Shown here: positions 19,688 to 30,500 of the stretch, piece after piece
Numbering within the stretch: the first letter of the stretch is position 1
Layout: every line of letters begins with the position of its first letter
Source: Candidatus Woesearchaeota archaeon
Lineage (GTDB): Archaea; Nanobdellota; Nanobdellia; Woesearchaeales; SKGA01
Reading direction: 5' to 3'
DNA: 59,104 nt
Assembly: GCA_021734105.1 (NCBI GenBank)
Contig: JAIPJP010000003.1
Coordinates: 1-59,104, forward strand
Translations under genes and position numbers: made by a program
The notes under the pieces: model-generated
Database searches by the model: none
Seen by the model: the letters and a program-made list of their open reading frames with translations, nothing else
Told to the model about the DNA's origin: nothing

Positions 19688-20686
19688 TCACTTCATTAAT
19701 TTATCAGACTTAAGGATTAAGTCGACATATTGCGCCCTATCATACACAAACGGATCCTTGGTTGCTTGTTTAGATAATTTTCCTTTAAAATCAGTAAGAG
19801 CCATATAACTTTTATCTTTCATCCACAAACGTAATTCATCAATCATTTTCTCAATATGCTCAGGACCATTATTATAAACAGTGCTTACTACTTGCACTGC
19901 ACTCGCACCTGCAAGAATCACTTTAATAACGTCTTGTGCATCAAAAACACCATTATTTGCAGCAACTGGCGCTTGAACTTGACCAAATAATAAACCAGCA
20001 AAACGAATTGCTAAACGAACGTCATGAGGATTACTCAAATGAAAATTTACATCATGTATTTCTTTTTCTACATCAATATCTGGTTGAAAAAATCGATTAA
20101 ATAATACAAACCCATCAACACCAATCTCATCAAAAGATTTTATAACTGCAAGCGGGTTAGAATAAAAAACACTCAGCTTCACCCCAACAGGAATGGAAAC
20201 TGCTTCTTTTACTGCCATAAGCACAGCAATTTGTTCTTCTTCAATTTCTTGAGCAGAAATATCAAATGATTTTGGCGTGTAGTAAAAATTAAGCTCGATG
20301 CCATCAACACCAGTCTCTTGTATTTTTTTAGCATACTCAACCCAGGTTTCTTTACGAATACAATTCAAACTTGCAATCACAGGAACATCAACTGATTCTT
20401 TAGTTTTTTTCAACCACATGAGATGTTCACTTGGACCACCATGATTTACTTTTGGAAATACGTCAATCATTTCAGGATGAAGTTCATCAAAAGCTTCTGT
20501 TTCTTGTTCGAGTTTATGACGTTCAAGTTCTATTTGTTCTTCAAAAAGTGAAGCGCAAACAATTGCTGAAGCACCATGTTTAACTAGTTTTTTAATTTCA
20601 TCCATATTTGCAGTGAGCTTGCTTGCTCCAGCGATAATCGGATTTTTTAAAGTAATTCCCATATATGTAGTTGATAAGTCGACCAT
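19688..20686 (-). CDS. Dihydroorotate dehydrogenase-like (DHOD/DHPD family) flavoprotein
   Basis: TIM-barrel pattern: LKNPIIAGASKLT, GVDGIELNF, and a terminal segment resembling VSTVY..GP. Confidence 0.75.
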   Translation of the reverse strand: MVDLSTTYMGITLKNPIIAGASKLTANMDEIKKLVKHGASAIVCASLFEEQIELERHKLEQETEAFDELHPEMIDVFPKVNHGGPSEHLMWLKKTKESVDVPVIASLNCIRKETWVEYAKKIQETGVDGIELNFYYTPKSFDISAQEIEEEQIAVLMAVKEAVSIPVGVKLSVFYSNPLAVIKSFDEIGVDGFVLFNRFFQPDIDVEKEIHDVNFHLSNPHDVRLAIRFAGLLFGQVQAPVAANNGVFDAQDVIKVILAGASAVQVVSTVYNNGPEHIEKMIDELRLWMKDKSYMALTDFKGKLSKQATKDPFVYDRAQYVDLILKSDKLMK

Positions 20687-20763
20687 AATTATTCACCTAA
20701 GTAAAATAAAGCTAGCGGCGAATATATATAAATATTGTGCAAGAAAAAACAAGAACATACTAG

Positions 20764-22182
20764 TTAACGAATAACTTGCATAACAATAGTTGAAAGAGGA
20801 CCAAAATATTCTTTATCCATAATCTTTCTAGCAGGTTTATCTAACATCCTAAAAGGATCTGAGTTAGCCTTAAACAAATCATGTGCATTAGGACCAAACT
20901 CAGCATCATATTTATCAAGTAGACCTTGTAAATGTACACTAAAAGATAAAGAAGATAAATCATCTTCTGAGAAATGTCTTGGATGAGGTAAAATGTTGGA
21001 TAATTCTTTACCCACATCATATACAAATGATTCGCTTGGACGAACAGCTAAATGAATAGACCGGATATATTTATCGGTATCAGGAGAAGGATCATTTCGA
21101 TAAGAATCTTCTTTCACCATTACTTCATACCTACTATCACAAGCCAGAATTCTTTGCCAAGAACGCAAATGAGCATCAAGCTCTTTTGTTTTAGAATTAC
21201 TGTATCCAAAAGGAGTTACTATCATAAATCCAAAATAATCATCAAGACTAATTTTACTAAGATTCATATCAGCAATAAAATCTATTTCGGCTTGCGAGAG
21301 CAAATTATATTTTAAGGCATCACTAAAAGCCAGATTTTTAATCGGACGAGTAAATGTTTGGATAAAAGGATTTGTTTCCAACTGAGTTTTTTTTCTTTTA
21401 TCGCGACCTGCTACGTGCTGTGCTAAACGCATATACATTTCAAGACTATATGGTGTTGGCAATCTCCCCTTAAGAAAACCATCCTTATCTAAACGAGCAA
21501 GATCTTTTTTCATATTCTCAGCAGTCATAATTAAATTTGCACCAACTTTTGTTTTCGCTTTGTATGCTTCTTTTGCAAATTTATTTGTTAAACTAATTGC
21601 TCGCTTTTGCTTTTCTTGAGAATACACAATAGACTCTCTGTTTTTCCCACCAAATATGTTCACTCGCAAGTCAACACCATCCGCAATCCATGAACGATAA
21701 GGACCGAATTTTTCTTCAAAATTATTACGCAAATCAACAAGATCATCAACAGAAACATTTTTATCTTTGAAACGAACTTTTTCTTTCAACGCATCAGCAT
21801 GAAACTTTTTTAATCGAGCTTCTAAATCTTTTGAAAGAACTTTCTTATTAAGAATGGTTCGAAACAAATCTTTTTTATTAGTAATGACCATACTTTCTTG
21901 AATACCAGGAGTTTTTTGCGGTTCTTGAATATTAAATGGCACATATAATTTATCATATAATAATTGTTTATGTGCAAAATCACGAAGTGCTCGAATGTTT
22001 TCTAGTTTCATAGGAATAACGTGACGCAACGAAAAAGTACGACCATTTTCAGAAAGTGAAAAAGGTTTATCAGTGTAAAAATCATACAAAAATAATGTTT
22101 CAATACTTGCTTTTGCTAAATTTTTTAGCTCGCCTTCTTCAAGAGCCCGTGCGTCTTGTAAATATTCAGATATATTATTCAT
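20764..22182 (-). CDS. Hypothetical protein (472 aa)
   Basis: Long uninterrupted ORF, 21 nt downstream of the preceding gene on the same strand. No family recognised. Confidence 0.55.
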   Translation of the reverse strand: MNNISEYLQDARALEEGELKNLAKASIETLFLYDFYTDKPFSLSENGRTFSLRHVIPMKLENIRALRDFAHKQLLYDKLYVPFNIQEPQKTPGIQESMVITNKKDLFRTILNKKVLSKDLEARLKKFHADALKEKVRFKDKNVSVDDLVDLRNNFEEKFGPYRSWIADGVDLRVNIFGGKNRESIVYSQEKQKRAISLTNKFAKEAYKAKTKVGANLIMTAENMKKDLARLDKDGFLKGRLPTPYSLEMYMRLAQHVAGRDKRKKTQLETNPFIQTFTRPIKNLAFSDALKYNLLSQAEIDFIADMNLSKISLDDYFGFMIVTPFGYSNSKTKELDAHLRSWQRILACDSRYEVMVKEDSYRNDPSPDTDKYIRSIHLAVRPSESFVYDVGKELSNILPHPRHFSEDDLSSLSFSVHLQGLLDKYDAEFGPNAHDLFKANSDPFRMLDKPARKIMDKEYFGPLSTIVMQVIR

Positions 22183-22203
22183 TGTCTATTCACCAAATCA
22201 TCA

Positions 22204-22926
22204 TTACATAAAATATTTTTCTTTTAGACCACTACACATGCTTTCTCCCCCAATTACATGGTTTGGATTTTGAAGGAAAAAATCAATAGTGAACGGTTTG
22301 TTAAGTAAAGATATTCGAGGAGCACCCTGATAATCAGGCCTAGCAATATCAAAAACATATTGTTTATCAGTATTTTTATCAAAAATAGGAATGAATGCAT
22401 GCGACTCATCATCCCCGAGATAATTTTCAACATACCCAATTGCCAAATTACTCTCGTAATTTGAATCGGAAGTGTCTTTAAGAAGATGATGAATAAGGTA
22501 TTGACCAACAGAAGCTAATTCTGTACACATCGCATTTCCTTTCAAATCAGATAACGAAGGAATACCCTTGCGAAACAATTTATTTCTTAACAAGGGATCA
22601 GGTTGTTTATTAGACATTCCTAAAAGTTGTTGCGCACTCAAAGCAACATATTCAGCTATTGCAAACAGACGAGCATCAAGTTTACTATCCCTTTTTTTAA
22701 AATAATCATGTTCAAAAAGATTTGTAAACTTAGGCATAAAACGATTATCAATAAGCTCTCGTTTCTCAGGAGAAAAAAAAGACTTTAGAACACGAGCATC
22801 CAAATTATCTATATCAAACAGCAATTCAGGATTAGCACCCATAAAGGAAATACCCGAAGGAATAACATCGCCATGCTGCAATCCATTAATAAGAGCGCCA
22901 TAATTTGAAGTTACTTGTATGTTCAT
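22204..22926 (-). CDS. Transglutaminase-like cysteine peptidase-fold protein
   Basis: An ordered Cys-His-Asp set (GNAMCTELASVGQYL ... DESHAFIPIF ... YVFDIARPD) resembles the transglutaminase core. Confidence 0.5.
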   Translation of the reverse strand: MNIQVTSNYGALINGLQHGDVIPSGISFMGANPELLFDIDNLDARVLKSFFSPEKRELIDNRFMPKFTNLFEHDYFKKRDSKLDARLFAIAEYVALSAQQLLGMSNKQPDPLLRNKLFRKGIPSLSDLKGNAMCTELASVGQYLIHHLLKDTSDSNYESNLAIGYVENYLGDDESHAFIPIFDKNTDKQYVFDIARPDYQGAPRISLLNKPFTIDFFLQNPNHVIGGESMCSGLKEKYFM

Positions 22927-23041
22927 AAGTATTGTTTGTAGTAGAACTTATTTATATAGTTTTCTATTTGTAACTACTTTTAAGTGACATATTCTTTAGC
23001 GCCATAGATTTAAATACGAGGAGAGCCTTTCTAGAGCCACA

Positions 23042-24952
23042 ATGGTAGAAATAACCTTTCCTGATGGGAATAAAAAACAGTACGAAGCAGGCGTAACGGG
23101 CCTGCAAGTAGCAACAGACATCAGCGAGGGGCTCGCAAGAGCTGCTCTGGCCGTCGAAATAGATGGCAAATTAGTCGATATAACTACTACCATCACAACC
23201 GACTGCAAGGTCCGTATTATCACGTTTCGGGACTCTGAAGGAGTTAAGCTCTTCTGGCACTCTAGTGCCCATCTTTTAGCGCACGCCGTTCAAAGACTCT
23301 ACCCAGAAGCGCTCCCCACCATTGGTCCGGCAGTAGAGAACGGCTTTTATTACGATTTTGATAATTTAAACATTACGATGGACGATTTTCCCAAAATAGA
23401 AGCTGAAATGAAGAAAATTGTGGAAGAGCGCATTGAGCCAAAGCGTATTGAGTATGCAAGCAAAGAAGAAGCAATTGAAGCATTTAAGGATAATCCATAC
23501 AAGGTTGAAATGATTAATCGACTTGACGAGGGAAGCAGCGCCTATCAACAAGGAGATTTTATCGATCTTTGTCGAGGACCACATATTCCAAATACAAAAG
23601 TTATCAAGGCATTTAAGCTCATGAAACTAGCAGGCGCGTACTGGCGAGGAGACAGCAAGAACAAAATGCTGACCCGAGTGTATGGCGTGAGTTTTCCAGA
23701 TAAAAAAGATCTCAAAGAACATCTACACCTGCTTGAAGAAGCAGAAAAGCGCGACCATAGAAAAATTGGGAAACATCTTGATTTATTTTCATTTCAGGAC
23801 GAAGCGCCAGGCATGCCATTCTTTCACGACAAAGGAGCATTTATGTGGAACCAACTCGTTAACTACCTAACAGAATTATTAACACAACGAGACTATGAGT
23901 TAATCAAAACACCATATATATTGAACAAAGAATTATGGCTCCAATCAGGACATTGGGATCATTACAAAGAAAATATGTACTTTACCAAAATTGATAGTGA
24001 TGAAGAAAACTTCGCAGTTAAACCCATGAACTGTCCAGCACACTTACTTGTCTACAAGAATAAAATGTACTCTTATCGAGACTTGCCCCTACGCATGGGA
24101 GAGTTTGGACTTGTTCATCGACACGAATTATCAGGTGTATTAAGCGGACTCTTTAGAGTACGAATGTTCACGCAAGATGATGCGCATGTCTTTTGCACAG
24201 AAGAACAAATTAAGTCAGAAGTCAAAGAACTCATCGAACTGATGAACATTGTGTACACCACATTTGGTTTTGATTACGCTATGGAACTTTCTACCAAACC
24301 TGAAAAGGCAATGGGAGATCCAAAGAAATGGGAACTTGCAGAAACCATATTAGAAGAAGTGCTTAATGAGCAAGAAAAAGAGTGGAAATTAAATCCGGGA
24401 GATGGAGCATTCTACGGACCAAAAATAGACTTCCACATCAAAGACGCGCTTGGTCGAAGCTGGCAATGCGGCACCATACAACTTGATTTTCAAATGCCTG
24501 AAAAATTCAGACTAACCTATGAAGGAAAAGATGGCACTAAACATCAACCAGTCATGCTCCATCGAGCAGTCCTTGGCAGTGTTGAACGATTTTTAGGTAA
24601 CGTTATTGAACAATTCGCAGGAAAATTCCCGCTCTGGATAAGTCCAAACCAAATCGCAATACTTCCAATTGCAGACAGACACCTAGACTATGCACAACAA
24701 GTCGCCCAAGAATTTAAAGTAGCAGGGCTTCGCACAGAAGTTGATGCACGAAGTGAGAGTGTTAATAAAAAAGTACGTGATGCGCAACTTAGCCAGTTTA
24801 ATTACATCCTCGTTGTTGGCGATAAAGAAGCAGAAGAAAAAACTGTTAACGTTCGCAAGCGGAATAACGAAGTACTTGGCGAAAAGAAACTTGATGAGTT
24901 TAAAGCAGAGCTTTTAGCTGAAGTTGCTGAAAAACGAATTAGCAATTATTAA
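23042..24952 (+). CDS. thrS: Threonine--tRNA ligase, bacterial-type architecture (TGS, editing, catalytic and anticodon domains)
   Basis: An N-terminal TGS domain, the editing-domain motif HSSAHLLAHAV, class II motifs (FRVRMFTQDDAH, a GAFYGPKID segment), and an anticodon-binding domain. Confidence 0.95.
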   Translation: MVEITFPDGNKKQYEAGVTGLQVATDISEGLARAALAVEIDGKLVDITTTITTDCKVRIITFRDSEGVKLFWHSSAHLLAHAVQRLYPEALPTIGPAVENGFYYDFDNLNITMDDFPKIEAEMKKIVEERIEPKRIEYASKEEAIEAFKDNPYKVEMINRLDEGSSAYQQGDFIDLCRGPHIPNTKVIKAFKLMKLAGAYWRGDSKNKMLTRVYGVSFPDKKDLKEHLHLLEEAEKRDHRKIGKHLDLFSFQDEAPGMPFFHDKGAFMWNQLVNYLTELLTQRDYELIKTPYILNKELWLQSGHWDHYKENMYFTKIDSDEENFAVKPMNCPAHLLVYKNKMYSYRDLPLRMGEFGLVHRHELSGVLSGLFRVRMFTQDDAHVFCTEEQIKSEVKELIELMNIVYTTFGFDYAMELSTKPEKAMGDPKKWELAETILEEVLNEQEKEWKLNPGDGAFYGPKIDFHIKDALGRSWQCGTIQLDFQMPEKFRLTYEGKDGTKHQPVMLHRAVLGSVERFLGNVIEQFAGKFPLWISPNQIAILPIADRHLDYAQQVAQEFKVAGLRTEVDARSESVNKKVRDAQLSQFNYILVVGDKEAEEKTVNVRKRNNEVLGEKKLDEFKAELLAEVAEKRISNY

Positions 24953-24988
24953 TTTTATTTTTTTAATTATTTTTTTGAGGTGAACACA

Positions 24989-25465
24989 ATGGCAACAAAA
25001 TTAATCATAACAAGTATTATTAATCTTCTTATTGGCGCATTGCTCAACATTATTTCTCTTGAAACAGTTTTTGGCATGATACTTATACCGCTGGCGTTAA
25101 TTTCATCAATCTTGGTTATTGCATTTATCTTTGAAGATGCAGCAAAAAGAAAACTATCAAAAGCATATGCAGCATTAGGTTTGTTTGTTGGCGGTTTTGG
25201 AGGCCTCATATATTATTTTGCCCTAGCAAAAGATAAGCCATATGTAAAGAGCAATCCAGACGAAGATAAAGCTGAAAGAAATAAGTCAAGAACAAGTGCA
25301 GCATATTTTAACTTGGTAATGGGAATCATTATGCTCATTGCACTTATCCCTGCAATTCCTTGGAAAGGAGGATACATTAACTGGGGAGCAGTTGGACCTA
25401 TGCTAGGATTAACATTAATTTTCTTCACCATATTCTTTGCCTTAAAACCAGCCAAACAAAAGTGA
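24989..25465 (+). CDS. Integral membrane protein (about 4 TM segments)
   Basis: Hydrophobic segments throughout. The ATG at 24989 follows a GAGGTGA Shine-Dalgarno site. Confidence 0.55.
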   Translation: MATKLIITSIINLLIGALLNIISLETVFGMILIPLALISSILVIAFIFEDAAKRKLSKAYAALGLFVGGFGGLIYYFALAKDKPYVKSNPDEDKAERNKSRTSAAYFNLVMGIIMLIALIPAIPWKGGYINWGAVGPMLGLTLIFFTIFFALKPAKQK

Positions 25466-25524
25466 TTGCTACCTTAGCGAGATAACACATTATTTTAAAG
25501 CGATAAAAGGTATAATGGAGTATA

Positions 25525-26610
25525 ATGAAGCGTTCTACAAAGTCAAAAGGTCATAAACAACTTATTAAACATCATATGAAAATTCTCAGAGGACTACAGT
25601 ACAAGTCAGGACTCTTTGCAGCATCAAACAAAAACGTGAGCACGGGCTATGATAAATCATGGCTACGAGATAATTTCTACGAGTGTTTAGCCTTTGAAGT
25701 ATTAGGTGATTGGGACACGGTAGAGAAAACCTATACAGCACTTCTTAAGGCATTTCTTAAACATGAATACAAAATAGATGTCGCAATTGAGCGAAAACCA
25801 CAATATAAACACGAATATATTCACGCACGAGTACATCCAGAAACATTTGATGAGTTCTGGGAAGACTGGGGTAATAAACAAAATGACGCTGTAGGCGCAA
25901 TACTCTTTAGAATTGGTGAACTTGAACGAAACCGACCAGGATGCCTGTTAAAAAACGAGAATTTTATACGCATCACCAACAAACTCGTACAGTATTTAAA
26001 TTCTATTGAATACTGGCATGATGAAGATAATGGTATGTGGGAAGAAAATGAAGAAATACACGCATCAAGTGTTGGTGCGTGCGTTGCGGGACTTAAAGCA
26101 GTTGCAAAACTTTCACACATACAAGTTCCTAAAGAGTTGATTAAAAAAGGTGAAATGACACTTAATCAAATGCTTCCACGAGAATCGGCAGGAAAATTTG
26201 TTGATCTCGCCCTTCTTTCACTTATTTATCCATATAATGTTGTAACAGCAAAACAACGAGATGAAATCTTAGATCATGTCGAATATCTGCTTGAACGAAA
26301 AAAAGGAGTAATACGATACAAAAATGATTATTACTATAACAAAAATCCTGATGGCTACAGTGAGGAAGCAGAATGGACGTTTGGCTTTAGTTGGCTAGCC
26401 ATTATTTATGAAAAACTTGGCAACAAGAAAAAAGCAAAAAAATACGTTGATAACATGCTTAAAACAGATACTAAAGATGGCATTCCGGAACTCTATTACT
26501 CAAATACCGATAAGCCAAATGAAAACACGCCATTAGGGTGGGCCGAATCACTCTTTGTTGTCGCACTCTATAACTTGAATAAAAAATTCACCCATAAAAA
26601 AAATCGGTGA
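25525..26610 (+). CDS. Glycoside hydrolase family 15-like (alpha/alpha)6-barrel protein
   Basis: Motifs seen are GLFAAS..YDKSWLRDNFY, NGMWEENEEIHASSVG and a terminal LGWAESLF. Confidence 0.7.
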   Translation: MKRSTKSKGHKQLIKHHMKILRGLQYKSGLFAASNKNVSTGYDKSWLRDNFYECLAFEVLGDWDTVEKTYTALLKAFLKHEYKIDVAIERKPQYKHEYIHARVHPETFDEFWEDWGNKQNDAVGAILFRIGELERNRPGCLLKNENFIRITNKLVQYLNSIEYWHDEDNGMWEENEEIHASSVGACVAGLKAVAKLSHIQVPKELIKKGEMTLNQMLPRESAGKFVDLALLSLIYPYNVVTAKQRDEILDHVEYLLERKKGVIRYKNDYYYNKNPDGYSEEAEWTFGFSWLAIIYEKLGNKKKAKKYVDNMLKTDTKDGIPELYYSNTDKPNENTPLGWAESLFVVALYNLNKKFTHKKNR

Positions 26611-26626
26611 AACCAGAATTTTCTTA

Positions 26627-27193
26627 TTATTTACGCACAGGAATATACAAATAATTCACCATTTTTGAAATAAAGCGACCTTTCCAAAATGTAAGAAAAT
26701 CACCATAGTTAATTGCAAAGTTTCCGGCAGGAAGTCCTTTTTGATACGTGCTTGTATGAGGAAGAGAATCGTAGACATAAAATATTTTTTTTTCATCATC
26801 ATAGCCTAGAAGCGTCACCCAATGAAGCGCGTAATACTTTTTAATAAGTGCTTTTTTTCGTTGTTTAGTATAAATATTATTAATTAAAATAATAACCGGA
26901 TGACCTTGCTCAAGCTCTTTTTTGAGCAGCAATAACTTATGTTTAGATTTTTTTGCACGCAAAATTGGCGCAGTAAACTTCTTAGTTTTACTAAAAACAT
27001 GTTTAATCGTGGAAGGAAACATGAAACCAAAGAAAATCTTACCTAAAGAAGAAAGATATTTACGAGGTGGCAAATCTAAGTCTTCACCATATAAATTCAT
27101 CACCGCCTTAACAGCATAAGCCCCGCAATCCATCCACTTTTGTTGAATGTATGCCGTTGGCTTTACATAAATTGCAGCACGCTTAGCAACCAT
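26627..27193 (-). CDS. Papain-fold, C39-like cysteine peptidase
   Basis: QQKWMDCGAYAV supplies the Gln/Cys, HWVTLLGYDD the His, and YVYDS the Asp. Confidence 0.55.
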   Translation of the reverse strand: MVAKRAAIYVKPTAYIQQKWMDCGAYAVKAVMNLYGEDLDLPPRKYLSSLGKIFFGFMFPSTIKHVFSKTKKFTAPILRAKKSKHKLLLLKKELEQGHPVIILINNIYTKQRKKALIKKYYALHWVTLLGYDDEKKIFYVYDSLPHTSTYQKGLPAGNFAINYGDFLTFWKGRFISKMVNYLYIPVRK

Positions 27194-27204
27194 AAAATAA
27201 CACC

Positions 27205-27459
27205 TTAGTGAAGCGTTACTTCAGCTTCAAGTTCTTCTTCATCAAACGATTCTTGCCGACGTTTTGATCGACGCGTCTTTTTTTCAAACGCATCTTCATA
27301 GACCTTATCTTCTACTGATTCATTATCAGTATTTTCCCGGTCTTCATCATAGCCGTGCATAAAAGCCTCTTCCTCAGAACTAATAGCGTCGTTGTCAACA
27401 AGGTCCTCTCGGCCCTCACCATTATACACTTCCTCAAAATCTTCCTCATCTGGATACAT
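27205..27459 (-). CDS. Highly acidic small protein (84 aa)
   Basis: D/E-rich sequence with a short basic patch (KKTRRSKRRQ). It ends 11 nt upstream of the peptidase gene. Confidence 0.45.
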   Translation of the reverse strand: MYPDEEDFEEVYNGEGREDLVDNDAISSEEEAFMHGYDEDRENTDNESVEDKVYEDAFEKKTRRSKRRQESFDEEELEAEVTLH

Positions 27460-27586
27460 AGAGTTCAGAAAGTTAACTAGTTATTTAAATTTCTTTCGAC
27501 TACCTTAAAAAGCAACCTTTCTAGTATTAAAACCACTCAAAAGGAGTGCAAATGTTTATATGGTTGGCTTAAATTAGACCATTACT

Positions 27587-30500
27587 ATGCTTGAAAGACT
27601 CCTAACCGATATACGAGCAGACATTCAAAAAGATAGAGCTGTACTGTATTTTCGCGATACTGGCCAAGTGCACGCCCCATTAGACAAACACATATTTGTA
27701 AGCAGAGACTTACAGCCAGAAACATTTAAGCGTGTGCAACAGGTTCTTGCAACAAATCCTTGTTTTGCAGATGTAAAAGTAAACACCTTTCCCCGAAGTA
27801 AAAATAAGAACCCATTTAATATTATACAAGTTACCGGACCACCATCGCTAGGAAAACAACTGCGAGAAGAATTTGGCAAAACAATATTTAGCACCAAAAA
27901 CTACACCCAGACTGCACGGGCACGATTTGGAAATGAATCAACAATAGTAACTATGCCAAAATCAATTGCAGAAACAATTACACTTGCTAAAACACATAAT
28001 CAACAAGTTCGCTTACTTGAGCAAAAAATAAGAATGCAATTGCCTGATAAAAAGAAAGGACAACAAACAAGAATTATTAACTCATTACATCAAGCGTCAC
28101 AAGAACAAAATGTACTAGATAAAAATAGCCAAGAATATAAATTAACAAAACATCTTTCAACAGATATTCTACAAGACTTTGAAAAAATACAGCAATTACG
28201 CACAACACTTGCTCAACAAGAACATATTTCTCTGCAACGACAAAAAAACCAAACACTTGAAGTAATCCTAAACGATGCAACGCAACTCAAACCCAAACAA
28301 CAACTTGACTACAACAACTGTTTGAACCAATCATGGGCATATTTGGATATTGAAATACCTCTTTTTAGAAAAGAAAAACCAGAAATTAGTTGGGTAGAAA
28401 TACATTATGAAACAGATGGACAAACATACAAAGAAGAACTACATACATTAAGTAATTTAGGTGTTGATATATTCAAAGGAAATGATATTATAAAATATAA
28501 TTCGGAAGCAGACTTAGTTTTAGGCGTGCGAGATGCTTTACGAACACAACACACCTATTTTCTTGTCGCTTATAATGGACGATTTGATTTCATTAAACTT
28601 CGAGAAGCAGAGGAACTCAACAATCATGATGAAAATTTTACCCCGGATGAAGAAGGATATTCTGAACCAGTTCATGAAGCATCTACTAGGTTTTTTGAAC
28701 GAATCGGCATTAAATCTCGAGCAATTATTGATCTCCTTCGCTTTGCACAAGTACAATATCATTTTCTTCCTAACAAAAAACTTGACCTTGTTGCAAAAGT
28801 TATGTTAGGACAAGATGCATTTAGCAAAAGCATCACCTATGATGAAATGGAAGAACTTGAACAAATCGCACAACGATATAAAAAAATTAAAAATAAAAAA
28901 AATATTGAGCACGCACTCGCACTTACTGGAAAAACAATTAAAGACACCTTAGAAGAAAGTCAAGCAGCAGCAAGAAAAATTGCTTCATACGTTATTGATG
29001 ATGTTCAAATTATGCCTCAAATAAAACGAAGCCACGCATTCGATAATTACCTAAAACGAGTTACTTTTTTTGCAAATGAATTTAAGATACCTTTTGAGCA
29101 TCTTGCATACTCTGAACGCGCACTCCTTAAAGTTAACGAACGTTTTTTTCTTCAGCGAACAAAAACAGAAAAAGATATGGTTTTTTTTAGCCAAAAGGAT
29201 GCTCGAAAAAAATATGCTGATGCAAAACAATATTTCAGAACAATACTTAATGAGAAAAGAAATTTTATTGCAGAACCAGGACTATACAATAATGTTCATC
29301 TTGCATTTTTACGTTATGGTCATGCATTACAAAACATCATTACAAGAACCATTCCTGAAGCAAACATCGTATTTAGCGAAAAAGCAAGAAGCAAAGAAGA
29401 CAGTTATTTATTGAGTAGATATGGAAATGTCTTTGCTGACTGGATGATTGCAGATTATGCAGAAATTTACAAACTTTGTAAAGTATCACTTCGCGAAGAA
29501 GAAAAAATCGAGAAAAAATATCCATCATTTGGTACTTGGTATAATCAACAATTCTGGAAACTATGGAACAAATCTTCAACTATAAAAGAAAAAATAAAAA
29601 AAGGATATATAGAACCAAAAGATGTCATAAAAGAATTACATCCAGAAATAGCCTTAGTAGCAAAACAAGAATCACAAACAACAACACCTCAAGGACAAAT
29701 GAGTTTATTTCCAGATCAAGAACAACCAAAACCACTAGACGAAACAAACATCGTACAAACAATAGCCCAAATGATTAACACAAAACAAAAACTCAACAGA
29801 AGAAAATATCGATTCAAACAAGAGTACAAGGCAACCTATGAAGAAGTTAACGGTGCTATTGGTGCAACGATAAGTATGGCGCAAGATGCAGCAAAACGAT
29901 TCGGCATGGAAATTATTCACCAAGAAGGACCATATTTTTACATGTACGGCGATAAAACAAGCTTTGAAGAAACCTACCCCTACCCGGTCATCAAAACATT
30001 TGATAATGTTCTAATTACTCATAACGCAACAAAAACAAAACAAAATATGCAACGCAGCAATCAACGAATTTATTATAATATTTTTGGCACATTTAAAAAT
30101 ATGAAGGTCGTTAACCACCCAACACATTATCTCAATGTTTTTGAAATGGAACAATTCAAAACATTCTACAATCATATTACAGCAAAAGAGTACAAAGAAG
30201 CAATAAAAAGCATTATTACAAGTTATGAGCAACTTAAAAAACAAACTGTTCCTACAGAAAAACTCGTTCTATTTTCAAAATCAAGCGAAAGATACAGTGC
30301 ATTAGAACAGGGCGAGAGAATTTATTTTACAACGACACTCCCAAAAAAAACAACTAGAGATTGTGTGGGCGTTCCTATTCAATACTACAATGAAACAGAA
30401 AAAAAATTTGTCGATTTAGCATTTGATAAAAAATATGGCCGACCATACACGCTTGAACTTATTTCTCAGAAAGAAAAACCCATTTATATTATGCAATTCT

